DNA of 64,000 nucleotides from an uncultured Hyphomicrobiales bacterium (lineage in GTDB: Bacteria; Bacteroidota; Ignavibacteria; Kapaibacteriales; UBA2268): contig CAYXMM010000002.1 of NCBI GenBank assembly GCA_964465945.1, forward strand, positions 319,098 through 383,097, written 5' to 3'. Below are positions 16,560-26,425 of this stretch, piece after piece (positions within the stretch are counted from its first letter, which is position 1; the number at the start of each line of letters is the position of its first letter). The notes beneath the pieces were generated by a model. It ran no database searches. It was not told where the DNA came from and saw only the letters and a list, made by a program, of their open reading frames with translations. A program made the position numbers and the translations under genes.

Positions 16560-17028
16560 AATCATAACAGGTATAATAACTATATTAATTGCTTTTTTAC
16601 TTGGTTATTGTAGCAATGAAAATGAAGTAAAAATACAGAATAAAACTATTGAAAAAGTGATAGTTAAGTATGATACTTTATTAATTACTCACAACAAACC
16701 TGTAATTAAATATAGAGATAGACTTATAATTGATACATTGATTTTAGACAAAGGTATTAAACAAGTAGATAGTATTACATTCAGTTCTAAGCCATTCACG
16801 GCTATTGATAGCGTGGAAGGTAATTTTGGTAAGATAATAACTAAATTTAATTATCCTGAACTATTGTTTGACTATGATATTTATGCAATGGATACTACTT
16901 ATGAACGAACAATTTATATAAATAAAGAGCAAAAACTACATTGGACACAGCAAGAGTGGTTTATTTATACTACAAATGCAATAAGTTTAATAACTGGTGT
17001 AATCGTAGGTTCAAAGGCAACAAGGTAA
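16540..17028 (+). CDS. Spanin-like protein (N-terminal TM/lipoprotein-like signal, C-terminal TM)
   Basis: IAFLLGYC at N-terminus, hydrophobic C-terminus, last gene of lysis cassette. Confidence 0.5.
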   Translation: MAMNSSKIITGIITILIAFLLGYCSNENEVKIQNKTIEKVIVKYDTLLITHNKPVIKYRDRLIIDTLILDKGIKQVDSITFSSKPFTAIDSVEGNFGKIITKFNYPELLFDYDIYAMDTTYERTIYINKEQKLHWTQQEWFIYTTNAISLITGVIVGSKATR

Positions 17029-17029
17029 A

Positions 17030-17371
17030 ATGATGTTTAAAAAAGATACTGAAATTATTGATTTAGCAAGCAATCTAACTACTTCTTGGATATACTTAGA
17101 TGATTACAAATCACTTATAGATGAAGTAACAATTAATCTAAGTTATTCAGGTGTAACTGGAACTCTAAACGGAACTATTGATGTAGAATTGTTGTTTGAT
17201 GGCAATACAACAGAGGATTATTCAACGATAGGTAGTTTTACGATTGACTCAGCAAGTGGAAGGAGCGGGATAAGGACATCAACGGATTGTATGGCTATTA
17301 GGTTTAAATATACTAAAAATAGCGTTACAGGTGGAACTGCAAGAGTGAATTATATTATAGCAGGGAAGTGA
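17030..17371 (+). CDS. Phage structural hypothetical protein
   Basis: Beta-rich T/S/G composition in virion operon. Confidence 0.6.
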   Translation: MMFKKDTEIIDLASNLTTSWIYLDDYKSLIDEVTINLSYSGVTGTLNGTIDVELLFDGNTTEDYSTIGSFTIDSASGRSGIRTSTDCMAIRFKYTKNSVTGGTARVNYIIAGK

Positions 17372-17889
17372 TTATGAGTATAAAGAATTTAGATAATGCT
17401 GTTAGTTGGGATGATATTACAGATAAGCCAGCCGAATTAGGTGGCGATATTGCTTTCTCAGATTTAACTGACGGGTTTGCATTAACAGGAAATGCGAATA
17501 AAGTAGTTGGAGTTAATTCTGCTGGAAACGCCCTTGAACCTAAGACTATAAGCACAGGTGCAGAAACAATACAAACTAAGACGGCTTCAAGCGAGTCGGC
17601 TGGTTCAGTCGATTTAAGTTTAGGTCATTGGCTTGAATTAAACTGCGATGCAGATTTTAGTTTCTCAATAATTGACACAACTAAGATGACGGCTGGATAT
17701 ACTTATAAGGTGGATTGTAAAAATACAAAAAGTCCATCGGGGGTTGTAACTGGGAGCATTCCAACTGGTTGGTGGAGTAATGTTGGCTCAAGTTTGCCAC
17801 TGGCTACCGGCGAGAGTGCTCCTGCGTTTCTAACAAAAAATAGTGCAGGTGTCATTAATATTTTATTTGGAATTCAGCAGGTAGTATAA
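17368..17889 (+). CDS. Tail fibre-associated protein
   Basis: VSWDDITDKP and FSDLTD...NANKVVGVNS motifs typical of fibre proteins. Confidence 0.55.
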   Translation: MIMSIKNLDNAVSWDDITDKPAELGGDIAFSDLTDGFALTGNANKVVGVNSAGNALEPKTISTGAETIQTKTASSESAGSVDLSLGHWLELNCDADFSFSIIDTTKMTAGYTYKVDCKNTKSPSGVVTGSIPTGWWSNVGSSLPLATGESAPAFLTKNSAGVINILFGIQQVV

Positions 17890-18566
17890 TGTTTATAACA
17901 AAAAGACCATATTTGAACTTAAAACTGAATGGGAATATAACTGATAGCGGAACTGGACAAAACTCTGGGACAAACTCAGGAGTGACTTTTACAGCTGATG
18001 AATTTGGGCGTAGTAATATGGCGGCTGACTTTGATAGTAGAAATGACTATATTTCATTTAGTTCAGCTGTAGCGGAACAAGTAGCTATCTATCGTAATAG
18101 TGCTTCGACAATTTCATTTTTTATAAATATATCGTCACTTAATGCAAGCGCTAATAATATTGTATCTGCTTACAATAGCGGAGCGACAATAGGATTTCAG
18201 CATTATATCACAAGTACAAATTCAGCAAATTTGATAAGCGCTTCAGGCACAGGCGGAGTATATAATAATACAGCCACCACGGGAACTTGGATGTTTATAG
18301 TTGCTACAACAAAAGATTTTGATGCGACTCAAGTATCGGTGGAAATGTATAAAAATAGTACCCTTTCGGCTTTAAGCTCAGGTAGTGATAAAAATGCAAA
18401 AGTAACACCTACCACGGGGCTTAATTCATTGCGGATAGGCAACACTTCATTCGCGAGTACCTCTGGTATGACAGCTAAATTAAATAATTTTAAAATTTAT
18501 GACAAAAATTTAAGTTTAGCACAAATAAAAGTATTAAATATTGGAAAAGGGCGATTAGCATCGTAA
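17889..18566 (+). CDS. LamG/concanavalin-like domain virion protein
   Basis: DEFGRSNMAADFD, TISFFI, WMFIVAT, NNFKIYDKNLS pattern. Confidence 0.8.
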   Translation: MFITKRPYLNLKLNGNITDSGTGQNSGTNSGVTFTADEFGRSNMAADFDSRNDYISFSSAVAEQVAIYRNSASTISFFINISSLNASANNIVSAYNSGATIGFQHYITSTNSANLISASGTGGVYNNTATTGTWMFIVATTKDFDATQVSVEMYKNSTLSALSSGSDKNAKVTPTTGLNSLRIGNTSFASTSGMTAKLNNFKIYDKNLSLAQIKVLNIGKGRLAS

Positions 18567-18581
18567 AAAAGGAATAATAAA

Positions 18582-19118
18582 ATGATATATGATAAAATAA
18601 GCAAGCAATTTATAAATATGAATCCCAATCAAATCGGTTCAGAGACGGATAGATTTGTAATATTAAATGAAGAACAAATTCAACGTGCAAATGAAATGAT
18701 TAGTGCAGGTCATTTTAATGAAGATTATGTGCTTGAAGGCACTATCACACCTCCTACTTTGGAGTATTTAAAAGGAATTGCTACAGAAACAGTAAAAAAT
18801 AATTTCTATTTATTGATTAAAGACGGATGCGCGTATAATGGATTTGTGTTTAATTACGATGAAAATACGATGAATAACATTTTATTGCAAAAAAACAGAT
18901 ATGAGTTTGAAGGTGGTGATATATTTAAAATTTCGGACAGAACAAAGACACAAAGACAATTTACTAAAAATCAGTTATGGGCTTTTGGCGCTGAATTTAG
19001 TGGGTATTTAGCACCGAGAAAAGAATGGTATTCTGACATAATGAATGAGATTGAAAAAGCAGAAACGATTGAAGCATTAAATTTAATCAACTTAGAATAC
19101 CCAACAGAAGAAGAATGA
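18582..19118 (+). CDS. Tail fibre assembly-like protein (DUF4376-like)
   Basis: C-terminal EIEKAETIEALNLINLEY motif. Confidence 0.6.
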   Translation: MIYDKISKQFINMNPNQIGSETDRFVILNEEQIQRANEMISAGHFNEDYVLEGTITPPTLEYLKGIATETVKNNFYLLIKDGCAYNGFVFNYDENTMNNILLQKNRYEFEGGDIFKISDRTKTQRQFTKNQLWAFGAEFSGYLAPRKEWYSDIMNEIEKAETIEALNLINLEYPTEEE

Positions 19119-19555
19119 AATTAGCATTTTATAAATATGAATTTGGAAACTGGAAAGATTGGTTAATTGCTAAATTAACTAATTCAAAATATAGTCATAT
19201 TGAGTTAATATTTGATAGTGGGTCTAGTTTAAGTTCAAGCCCACGCGATGGTGGTGTTAGATTCAAGAAAATTGAATATAAACCTGAACGTTGGGACTTT
19301 TTGAATATAGACAGCGAAATAGACAGAGAAAGAGATGAGTATTTAGACCGTGCATTTGACTTGATTAACCATAGGCATCGATACGACTGGCTTTCAATCT
19401 TCTTAGGGTGGGCTGGTATTAAGTCATACAATAGATTTAATTGCGTTAATGCTTGTATGTATGTTATAGATGCAGATTTTAAGTATTACACTCCGCAAGG
19501 AGTTTATGAAAAATTACAGCGGGGTGGAGCAGTAGGTAGCTCGCTGGTTTCATAA
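19115..19555 (+). CDS. Permuted papain-like (NlpC/P60) amidase-family phage protein
   Basis: YSHIEL precedes RYDW...FNC (His before Cys); last 38 nt overlap the tRNA. Confidence 0.7.
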   Translation: MKLAFYKYEFGNWKDWLIAKLTNSKYSHIELIFDSGSSLSSSPRDGGVRFKKIEYKPERWDFLNIDSEIDRERDEYLDRAFDLINHRHRYDWLSIFLGWAGIKSYNRFNCVNACMYVIDADFKYYTPQGVYEKLQRGGAVGSSLVS

Positions 19556-19590
19556 GCCAGAGGTCGCAGGTTCAAATCCTGCTTCCGCAA
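19518..19590 (+). tRNA. Phage initiator-type tRNA-fMet(CAU)
   Basis: AGCGGGGTGGAGCAG...TTCATAA...GGTTCAAATCCTGCTTCCGCAA; 1:72 mismatch and A11-U24 pair typical of initiators. Confidence 0.88.
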
Positions 19591-19613
19591 CTAAAAAAAG
19601 AGAGAGCAGTATT

Positions 19614-19751
19614 ATGCAACAAAAAAAATGTAGAGTATATAGAACTTATACAAATAGCACAGGTGATATCGTTATTGAGTATGAAGATGGTTCAACTCTC
19701 ATAGTAAAACCTAGACAAAACGATGGTTTGTTTGGGAAAAAATGCTTCTAA
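19614..19751 (+). CDS. Small hypothetical protein (45 aa)
   Basis: MQQKKCRVYRTYTNSTGDIVIEYEDGSTLIVKP; fills the gap after the tRNA. Confidence 0.55.
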   Translation: MQQKKCRVYRTYTNSTGDIVIEYEDGSTLIVKPRQNDGLFGKKCF

Positions 19752-19764
19752 ATAAGAGGTAAAA

Positions 19765-19959
19765 ATGATTGTATTAACTAATTTAGATGGTTTGAAGGTT
19801 TATATAAAGCATGAGAAAATCAGTGTAATAAATGAAGTTAAAGATGATGGTGATATAAAAGATTTTACTTTAATTTGGTGCGACGGGTGTTTAATTGAAG
19901 TCAAAGAAAGTGTAAAAGAAATATTAACTAAAATAGCATACAAGGACAGGTTAAATTGA
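19765..19959 (+). CDS. FlbD-like small protein
   Basis: MIVLTNLDG.KVYI...I..I.E....VKESVKEI resembles the FlbD pattern. Confidence 0.5.
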   Translation: MIVLTNLDGLKVYIKHEKISVINEVKDDGDIKDFTLIWCDGCLIEVKESVKEILTKIAYKDRLN

Positions 19960-20984
19960 GTATTAATTATAAAATATTATGGAATGAGAATAATGATTTT
20001 TTAGAGCAGGAGGTACCCGCTCCAACTAATACATTCTTTGTAAGTTATGCTTATAATGGATACCAAAGCCCTTATTTTTCAAATATTCAAGACGCAATAA
20101 ATGAATGCGATGGAGTTAGTTACTACGATATCATTGTTTTTGCTGGAACTTATATAGAAACTCTAACATTAAAAGATAGAGTTCATTTACATTTTGAGAA
20201 TAATACAAGATTGCACCCTGTTACTGGTAATAGTGGAATTATATTCCCAGATAGTTCAACTAATATAAGTATAACTGGCAACTTAGATATACTTAGCGAT
20301 TTAACTACAGCACATACTGGTAAATATACGATAGAAACAAAGGGTGGGCTTCATAAAATAGAATTAAAATCCATTAGTAATACTGGTAATGCAACTTATC
20401 CAATAAGATTGAATGGGAATATAAATCTAAATGTAATGAATGTAACTTGTCCGATTGAATTAGTTTCTGATTCAACAGGTGAAATTAAAGCAAGAATAGT
20501 AAATAAGATTAAGAATAATGGTGCAGTTTATACACTAAAATCTGAATATATAGACGGGCAGATTTGGAATTATGCAGGTAATTTATATGTGTATGATTGT
20601 ATCTCAAAGGTTACTAATGGTGTCGCTTTTAAAGTTGAAAGTGGGGAGCTAGTATTAAATGGATGTACTGCAAAAGAATATAGTGAGTCTAGCACAGCAA
20701 TAGTTGAAATTAAAGGTGGATTAACAAGGATTAAAAATTGTTATTTAAAGCATACTTCGGATTTTGGCTCAACAATATTGCAGAATTACAATTCAACTAA
20801 TACTAATTTAATACTGGTAGCAAGCACATTGATTTCGGGTTCTCATACAACAGCGTTTAGCATAAAGAGTAATTTTTTAACTTATTATTCTTGCTATGGT
20901 AGTAATGTATATACGAATAGACCGACTGACTTAAACACAAATTATAAGATAAATTCAATAGTAGTAAGCACAGATGTAATTTAA
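19956..20984 (+). CDS. Pectin-lyase-like beta-helix protein (tailspike/depolymerase candidate)
   Basis: NIQDAIN...IIVFAGTYIETLTLK start followed by N/I/T-rich rungs. Confidence 0.65.
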   Translation: MSINYKILWNENNDFLEQEVPAPTNTFFVSYAYNGYQSPYFSNIQDAINECDGVSYYDIIVFAGTYIETLTLKDRVHLHFENNTRLHPVTGNSGIIFPDSSTNISITGNLDILSDLTTAHTGKYTIETKGGLHKIELKSISNTGNATYPIRLNGNINLNVMNVTCPIELVSDSTGEIKARIVNKIKNNGAVYTLKSEYIDGQIWNYAGNLYVYDCISKVTNGVAFKVESGELVLNGCTAKEYSESSTAIVEIKGGLTRIKNCYLKHTSDFGSTILQNYNSTNTNLILVASTLISGSHTTAFSIKSNFLTYYSCYGSNVYTNRPTDLNTNYKINSIVVSTDVI

Positions 20985-21007
20985 TAATTAATAAAGGAGA
21001 TAGAGTA

Positions 21008-21736
21008 ATGGCTCTTTCAATGAAAAACAACATAATCCTAAACCAAGTTCCAGTAGCTTGGTTATTTAAAGCATCAGGCACTTCGGGAGGTGCCGCTAGT
21101 TTAGAAATAGTATATAAATTTGATAATACTGCATCAGCTAAGGTAAATATACCATTAGCAAGTGCAGCTGCTTCGTCAGATTCAAAAAACGTTCAAATAA
21201 CAAGAGGAGATGGTGCAATTATACAATTTCCTGCCGTTGATCTAACATTAGACGGGACTGACGAAACAGTTATTGCGGCTTCGTCTGGGTCAGGGGACGC
21301 AGGTAAAGGTACTATTGAACTGGTGGTGAATGAAGCACCAATTGGGTTATCTTCATTTACAGCGTTTATCGGAGATTTAGTTGCTAATAAAGATACTATG
21401 TTTTTGGTTATTATACCTACTGGTTACTCTTATTCAAGAAAAGGGACTGGTACATCAAAAGAACCAGACGGCTTTATTTTTGCTTGGGCTAAATTTAGTG
21501 CGAATATAGATTTGAACTATAATAACCAACATAACCCTTTAACTTTATCTTTTGCGGTTCAAAAGAATACAGAGTTTATAGGTGATTTAACCAGTGACCC
21601 TTTTACAGGGCAAGGAATTGCTATTAAACTTGGTGGTTCAGATATTTCAGCCACTTTAAATATACCACCTGCTTTAACAAGTGAACAACAAACATTATTA
21701 AATTCTGGTGGAATTGTGGTTGTAGAAAATGACTAA
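21008..21736 (+). CDS. Probable major tail protein
   Basis: Strong RBS, A/S/G/T-rich, 242 aa; no defining motif recognised. Confidence 0.45.
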   Translation: MALSMKNNIILNQVPVAWLFKASGTSGGAASLEIVYKFDNTASAKVNIPLASAAASSDSKNVQITRGDGAIIQFPAVDLTLDGTDETVIAASSGSGDAGKGTIELVVNEAPIGLSSFTAFIGDLVANKDTMFLVIIPTGYSYSRKGTGTSKEPDGFIFAWAKFSANIDLNYNNQHNPLTLSFAVQKNTEFIGDLTSDPFTGQGIAIKLGGSDISATLNIPPALTSEQQTLLNSGGIVVVEND

Positions 21737-22508
21737 TGATATAGTTTTATTTAGAACACATAAGTTTAATAACATTATTGATAATAACTTAAAGCACCTC
21801 AAAAAGAGCAAAAAGCAAGTAGAGGTGCTTTTTGACTATTCGAATAGTAGTAAGCAAGATAATTGTGTGAACTTTAGTTTAGAGGATATAAAAGCGTCTG
21901 GGTATTCGATTGGGAATATATCTCAATTATATAGAACTTTTATGAATAATCCAGATAGGAGTTTAATTAAGAGATTTCCTACTTTAAGGATGCAACAGAT
22001 ATGGTATAATATCGGGCATTATATAGTTCTGTTTTACGATAAATATCCAAATTATAAATACTATTGGTCGGTCGAGTATGATGTAAAATTTAAAGGTGAT
22101 TGGGACGATTTTTTTAGTATTTATAATAATTCAAAAATAGATTATTTAGGTGTAGATATTCAAGAAACAAAAATAGATGATACTAAAGGGTATTGGGGAT
22201 TATTTGATTTTGATGTACCTTATAAAAAGAGATTACGTTGTTTCGGGACAATACAAAGATTAAGTAATAGATTGCTTAAAGCAGTATCTGACGAATTAAA
22301 GCAAGGTAGACATACTTATTTCGAGCAATTATTCCCGAGTGTTGCAAAACATTATAATTATACAGTGAAAGACTTAAACGAAATTGCAGTTAATAAAACA
22401 GGACAACAGATTTATACTGGTTCAACGATGACTTATGAAGATATAACTTTAAATCAATACGTGCATTTGGCAAATAGTAAAAATAAATTATTTCACCCAG
22501 TAAGATGA
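21729..22508 (+). CDS. DUF3405-like, glycosyltransferase-fold candidate
   Basis: YKYYWSVEYDVKFKGDWDDFF, RCFGTIQRLSNRLL, HTYFEQLFPSVA. Confidence 0.6.
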   Translation: MTNDIVLFRTHKFNNIIDNNLKHLKKSKKQVEVLFDYSNSSKQDNCVNFSLEDIKASGYSIGNISQLYRTFMNNPDRSLIKRFPTLRMQQIWYNIGHYIVLFYDKYPNYKYYWSVEYDVKFKGDWDDFFSIYNNSKIDYLGVDIQETKIDDTKGYWGLFDFDVPYKKRLRCFGTIQRLSNRLLKAVSDELKQGRHTYFEQLFPSVAKHYNYTVKDLNEIAVNKTGQQIYTGSTMTYEDITLNQYVHLANSKNKLFHPVR

Positions 22509-24994
22509 AGATAAAACAAACATATTCAATTAATGAAAATATTTATGGAAATCAAACTATAAATATAATTCTTACAGATGTTTATACCGAGTTATTTACT
22601 TCAACGAGTGTAGATTATAATACAGATATTTTACAGATTGAAACAATTAAAGAGGATTTAGAAGCCAGTAATTTTGCTTTAGCAGTTGATGAGCTTCAAT
22701 TTACAATTAACGGAGCAAGTGTTAATACAGAAGACGATAAGAATGTTATGTTTTTTTGTTTAGATGCTTCTGAACCAAAAATTAAAAGGTACATATCCGT
22801 TTATTTAGGCGACATAAATATTGATAATCTGTTATTTACAGGAATGATTGAAAGTAAAATAAGCGGTGAGGATATAGTGCATCATAAAGCCGACTGGGTA
22901 GATAATTTAGGAGTAGTAAGAGATTATAAATTTACTGCTTTAAGTATAGATTTTGCTTTATTAGAAGAATGCGTTTTTAAAGGTGATATATTTGATAAAA
23001 ATGGAACAAAGATAGACAATATATATGATAGAATTTCAAGCGGTAGTTATTCCGCTTTAAATTTTATATCGAATAATTATAAATGCTATGATTTAATAGA
23101 CACACGGAAACAAGTTAATTTATATGATGCCTTAAATTTATATTTAGAAAAAGCAAATGATTTATTAAATGAGTTATATGGTATAAATGTAGAATTTTCG
23201 TTCGACGAGTGCGAATTAGGATTTGAAGCAACACCTTTACATATTACTTATAATAGTCACCAACACGTAGGAGCATTAAAACCCGATACAAATCAAGTTC
23301 TACGTATAAAACTTATGTCTACTCCAAGTTCAACGATTGACGGAGTAAATTATTCTACTTTCTTTATACATCGAGGATTAATAACATCAATGGTTTATTA
23401 TTCAGATGACAAAGATAATATAGAATGGGAAAAGGAACGTAGTTTCTCTTGGGAGTTTAGGTTCAAAAACGTTGCAGAATTGTTGTATAATTTAGCAAGA
23501 AATTATGGTTGTATTGTTACTAAAACAATAACAGAAACTTCAATTAATATTAAATTCAAGCCAAAAAAGGACATTAGTTTAAATAATTCAATTAAAGTAA
23601 TTGGCGCAAATCAAGCAAGTTTAGACTTAGATAATGAAGAAACCGAAGAAAAGGTTATATACAAAGAAGAAGCGAATTATATGTATTTTTCCAGCCCGCT
23701 TATTTATAGACTTACAATTAGTCATCTAAATTTGATGACTATATATGACAATAAAAAAAGTCCAGCAGGTTATGGTCGTGAAAAATTAGGGAATGAAAAT
23801 TATAAATTTTATAATGACAAAACGAAAATATGGGAAACAATAAGTTTTGCATCTTCAACGAGTGCTTATCTCTTAAATAAAGATTTCATAAAAGAAAGAG
23901 AAGAAAACAATAAAGACATTAAAATCTACGATTTTCCAACGTCATCGGCTGAACTTATTGTATTAAAATGTAATACAGGAATTAATTATATACCTCTTCA
24001 GACTATTTTAGAACAACCTATGTTATTTAATACTAAAATAGCAACAAACCCAGAAGACGATACTTATTCTAAATTTATTAAACTTCAAGATGAACGTGTT
24101 ACATCAATGGTGCAAGTTTATTGTAAAGAGCCAGTCGATGAATTCAATAGCACAGAAGATAATTGTTTAAGACCTATTGCAAGAATATTGTCTAAATATA
24201 ATGACGAAAATATTGAAGTCGGAAATTTTACGGAATATTTAGGAGTGACCAATCAAATTGCAAATGAGAAATATAATACTAAATACACTTTTAAGGTCCC
24301 TTACTTAAATTCATTTTCAGAAAATGTAGATGGGAGTAATCCAAGTTGGAGCAATATAAAATTAGGTGCTAATATAACTATAAAAGAAGATGTAAAAAGA
24401 TATAATGGGACTACGTTTGAAAGCCAGACCATTACAAATGATTTTATGATTGTAGGAATTGAGAGAGATTTAAAAGGAATTGCAACAAACCTTACATTAG
24501 TATTACAATCTAAATACGCTTATGGGTACAATGATAGTTTAACTTATGACGATACCGAAGTTAGCATGATTGCAGGTGATGAAACTTATAATGATGTTTT
24601 AGATATTGATGGTGCTATAATTGAAAATTATCCAATTCAAGCAGGAGAAACAATAATACCAGGCGACCCAGTAAGTATTAAAACATCAGGAGAAATAGTT
24701 TTAGCAAAATTAAAAGCAAGTGATGATGCAAGATTTTTAGGTATATGTTTCAGAATAAATGATGGCTTTGCAGATGTAGCAGTAGAAGGCAGTATCGGTT
24801 CAGACGATTGGAACTTTAATATTGGTGATAAAATTTACGTAAGAAAAAATCCAACATTGCAAATAACAAATAGCAGATTAGCATCCCCAAATATTGATGA
24901 AGATTTAGTTATTTATGTAGGTGAAGCAATAACCGAACATAAATTAATTATTAATAAATATCAGATTAAATATGGGAGGTATATAATAGCATGA
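22505..24994 (+). CDS. Large tail/baseplate protein with C-terminal cement-like beta-clip domain
   Basis: 829 aa in tail operon; AGETIIPGDPVSI...FLGIC...GDKIYV C-terminus. Confidence 0.55.
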   Translation: MKIKQTYSINENIYGNQTINIILTDVYTELFTSTSVDYNTDILQIETIKEDLEASNFALAVDELQFTINGASVNTEDDKNVMFFCLDASEPKIKRYISVYLGDINIDNLLFTGMIESKISGEDIVHHKADWVDNLGVVRDYKFTALSIDFALLEECVFKGDIFDKNGTKIDNIYDRISSGSYSALNFISNNYKCYDLIDTRKQVNLYDALNLYLEKANDLLNELYGINVEFSFDECELGFEATPLHITYNSHQHVGALKPDTNQVLRIKLMSTPSSTIDGVNYSTFFIHRGLITSMVYYSDDKDNIEWEKERSFSWEFRFKNVAELLYNLARNYGCIVTKTITETSINIKFKPKKDISLNNSIKVIGANQASLDLDNEETEEKVIYKEEANYMYFSSPLIYRLTISHLNLMTIYDNKKSPAGYGREKLGNENYKFYNDKTKIWETISFASSTSAYLLNKDFIKEREENNKDIKIYDFPTSSAELIVLKCNTGINYIPLQTILEQPMLFNTKIATNPEDDTYSKFIKLQDERVTSMVQVYCKEPVDEFNSTEDNCLRPIARILSKYNDENIEVGNFTEYLGVTNQIANEKYNTKYTFKVPYLNSFSENVDGSNPSWSNIKLGANITIKEDVKRYNGTTFESQTITNDFMIVGIERDLKGIATNLTLVLQSKYAYGYNDSLTYDDTEVSMIAGDETYNDVLDIDGAIIENYPIQAGETIIPGDPVSIKTSGEIVLAKLKASDDARFLGICFRINDGFADVAVEGSIGSDDWNFNIGDKIYVRKNPTLQITNSRLASPNIDEDLVIYVGEAITEHKLIINKYQIKYGRYIIA

Positions 24995-25410
24995 GTTGGA
25001 TAGCAATAAGAAAATCTACATCAAAACTATCTGTATTAACATTTGATAGTGGAATTGAAGATAGCGAACAAAAGATTTATAATAATATAGCGCCTCGGAA
25101 AACCTATATAAACCGAAGTGTAGAAGAGGGTATTTTGCTAAACGGAAGACAATATCAGCATACTTTATATAGGCATAGAGAATGGGATTTGATAATTAGT
25201 GCAAATGAAATAGACCAGTCAGATATTAATTTTTTAGATGATTTTAATAATAGTCTGTTTAAATACATATCTTTATATAATGGCTCAGATTGGTCTGATT
25301 ATATTGAAGTATTAACGACAGACGGGCGATTATCTATTGAATATATTGAAGGACTTGAAGATTTGCCAGAAGTATCATTGAATTTACGTGAGGTTAATAA
25401 ATATGCCTAA
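24991..25410 (+). CDS. Phage tail hypothetical protein
   Basis: Translationally coupled ORF in tail operon. Confidence 0.6.
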   Translation: MSWIAIRKSTSKLSVLTFDSGIEDSEQKIYNNIAPRKTYINRSVEEGILLNGRQYQHTLYRHREWDLIISANEIDQSDINFLDDFNNSLFKYISLYNGSDWSDYIEVLTTDGRLSIEYIEGLEDLPEVSLNLREVNKYA

Positions 25411-25885
25411 TTATATTTATAGAGAAATAGCAGGAGCAATAAACCTTTTACCTATACGCTCACTTTCAGTATATCTTAATTCGACTACTGATTATATTGC
25501 GTTCGAGCAATTAGAAAAGGAAAGTTCGTATAATATAACTCCTATTACTAAATCTAACTCACTTGGTGAAACAATTACATTAGGATATAAAATTGAGGTA
25601 ACTTGTTACTTGCCTTATAATTTATATCATAATAATAATTTAATAAGCCATATCAATTTAATAAATGAGAACCCAGATAACTCTGGAATATTAAGACTTG
25701 GGAATAGTAGTGATATAGCATATACACAACCAGAAATAATAAATTCTACGGCAAGTATGCGAATAATAATTAACAATATTAAATTATCATTTGAGATAGA
25801 AAGTGTTGAATTACGTCCTCGAATGATTTTAAAATTCTCAAAAATCATTAAAAATTCAGAAATTGAAAATATATTTTATAATTAA
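25403..25885 (+). CDS. Phage tail hypothetical protein
   Basis: ATG 25403 after GAGG; tail operon. Confidence 0.6.
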   Translation: MPNYIYREIAGAINLLPIRSLSVYLNSTTDYIAFEQLEKESSYNITPITKSNSLGETITLGYKIEVTCYLPYNLYHNNNLISHINLINENPDNSGILRLGNSSDIAYTQPEIINSTASMRIIINNIKLSFEIESVELRPRMILKFSKIIKNSEIENIFYN

Positions 25886-25894
25886 AGGGAAAAA

Positions 25895-26425
25895 ATGGAA
25901 AACAAAATAATAGGAATTGAGATGCTCTTTAAATTCTCAAACGAGATTGAAGCAACTAATAAACTTTTTGTTTATGACTTCAATAATATAGAATTAGAAC
26001 AAGGTGAATTAGCGAGAGAAGTAGCAGAATTTAAGTATAATCAAAATGAAGCACAAGCAACGAGTATAAGTGATATATTGCGTTCAAAAGGTGGAGAATG
26101 GCTTATTATTATATCCAGTTATTTGTTTAAACAAAAGGTAAATGGAGATATATTACCTTTTGACAGGGCAAAATCTGAAACGGAGTATGATAGATTTTTC
26201 AGGAGAATTTCATTTGCAAAAAGGAAATTACTAAAAGGAGCGGTAGAAGATTTTTTGTTGAATATGGGAGAAACTGGGATTGCATCAAAGATATTCTCCA
26301 GCACAAACAACAGGCAAAACACATTGAAATTATTGGAGATGATTACGGCGATACAATCGCTCAACGAGACGAATACTTCAACAAACAAATTAAGAAGCAA
26401 AACATCTTCAACATCGGAGAATTAG
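25895..26425 (+). CDS. Tail assembly chaperone (gpG-like)
   Basis: Immediately upstream of tape measure; contains slippery site. Confidence 0.75.
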   Translation: MENKIIGIEMLFKFSNEIEATNKLFVYDFNNIELEQGELAREVAEFKYNQNEAQATSISDILRSKGGEWLIIISSYLFKQKVNGDILPFDRAKSETEYDRFFRRISFAKRKLLKGAVEDFLLNMGETGIASKIFSSTNNRQNTLKLLEMITAIQSLNETNTSTNKLRSKTSSTSEN

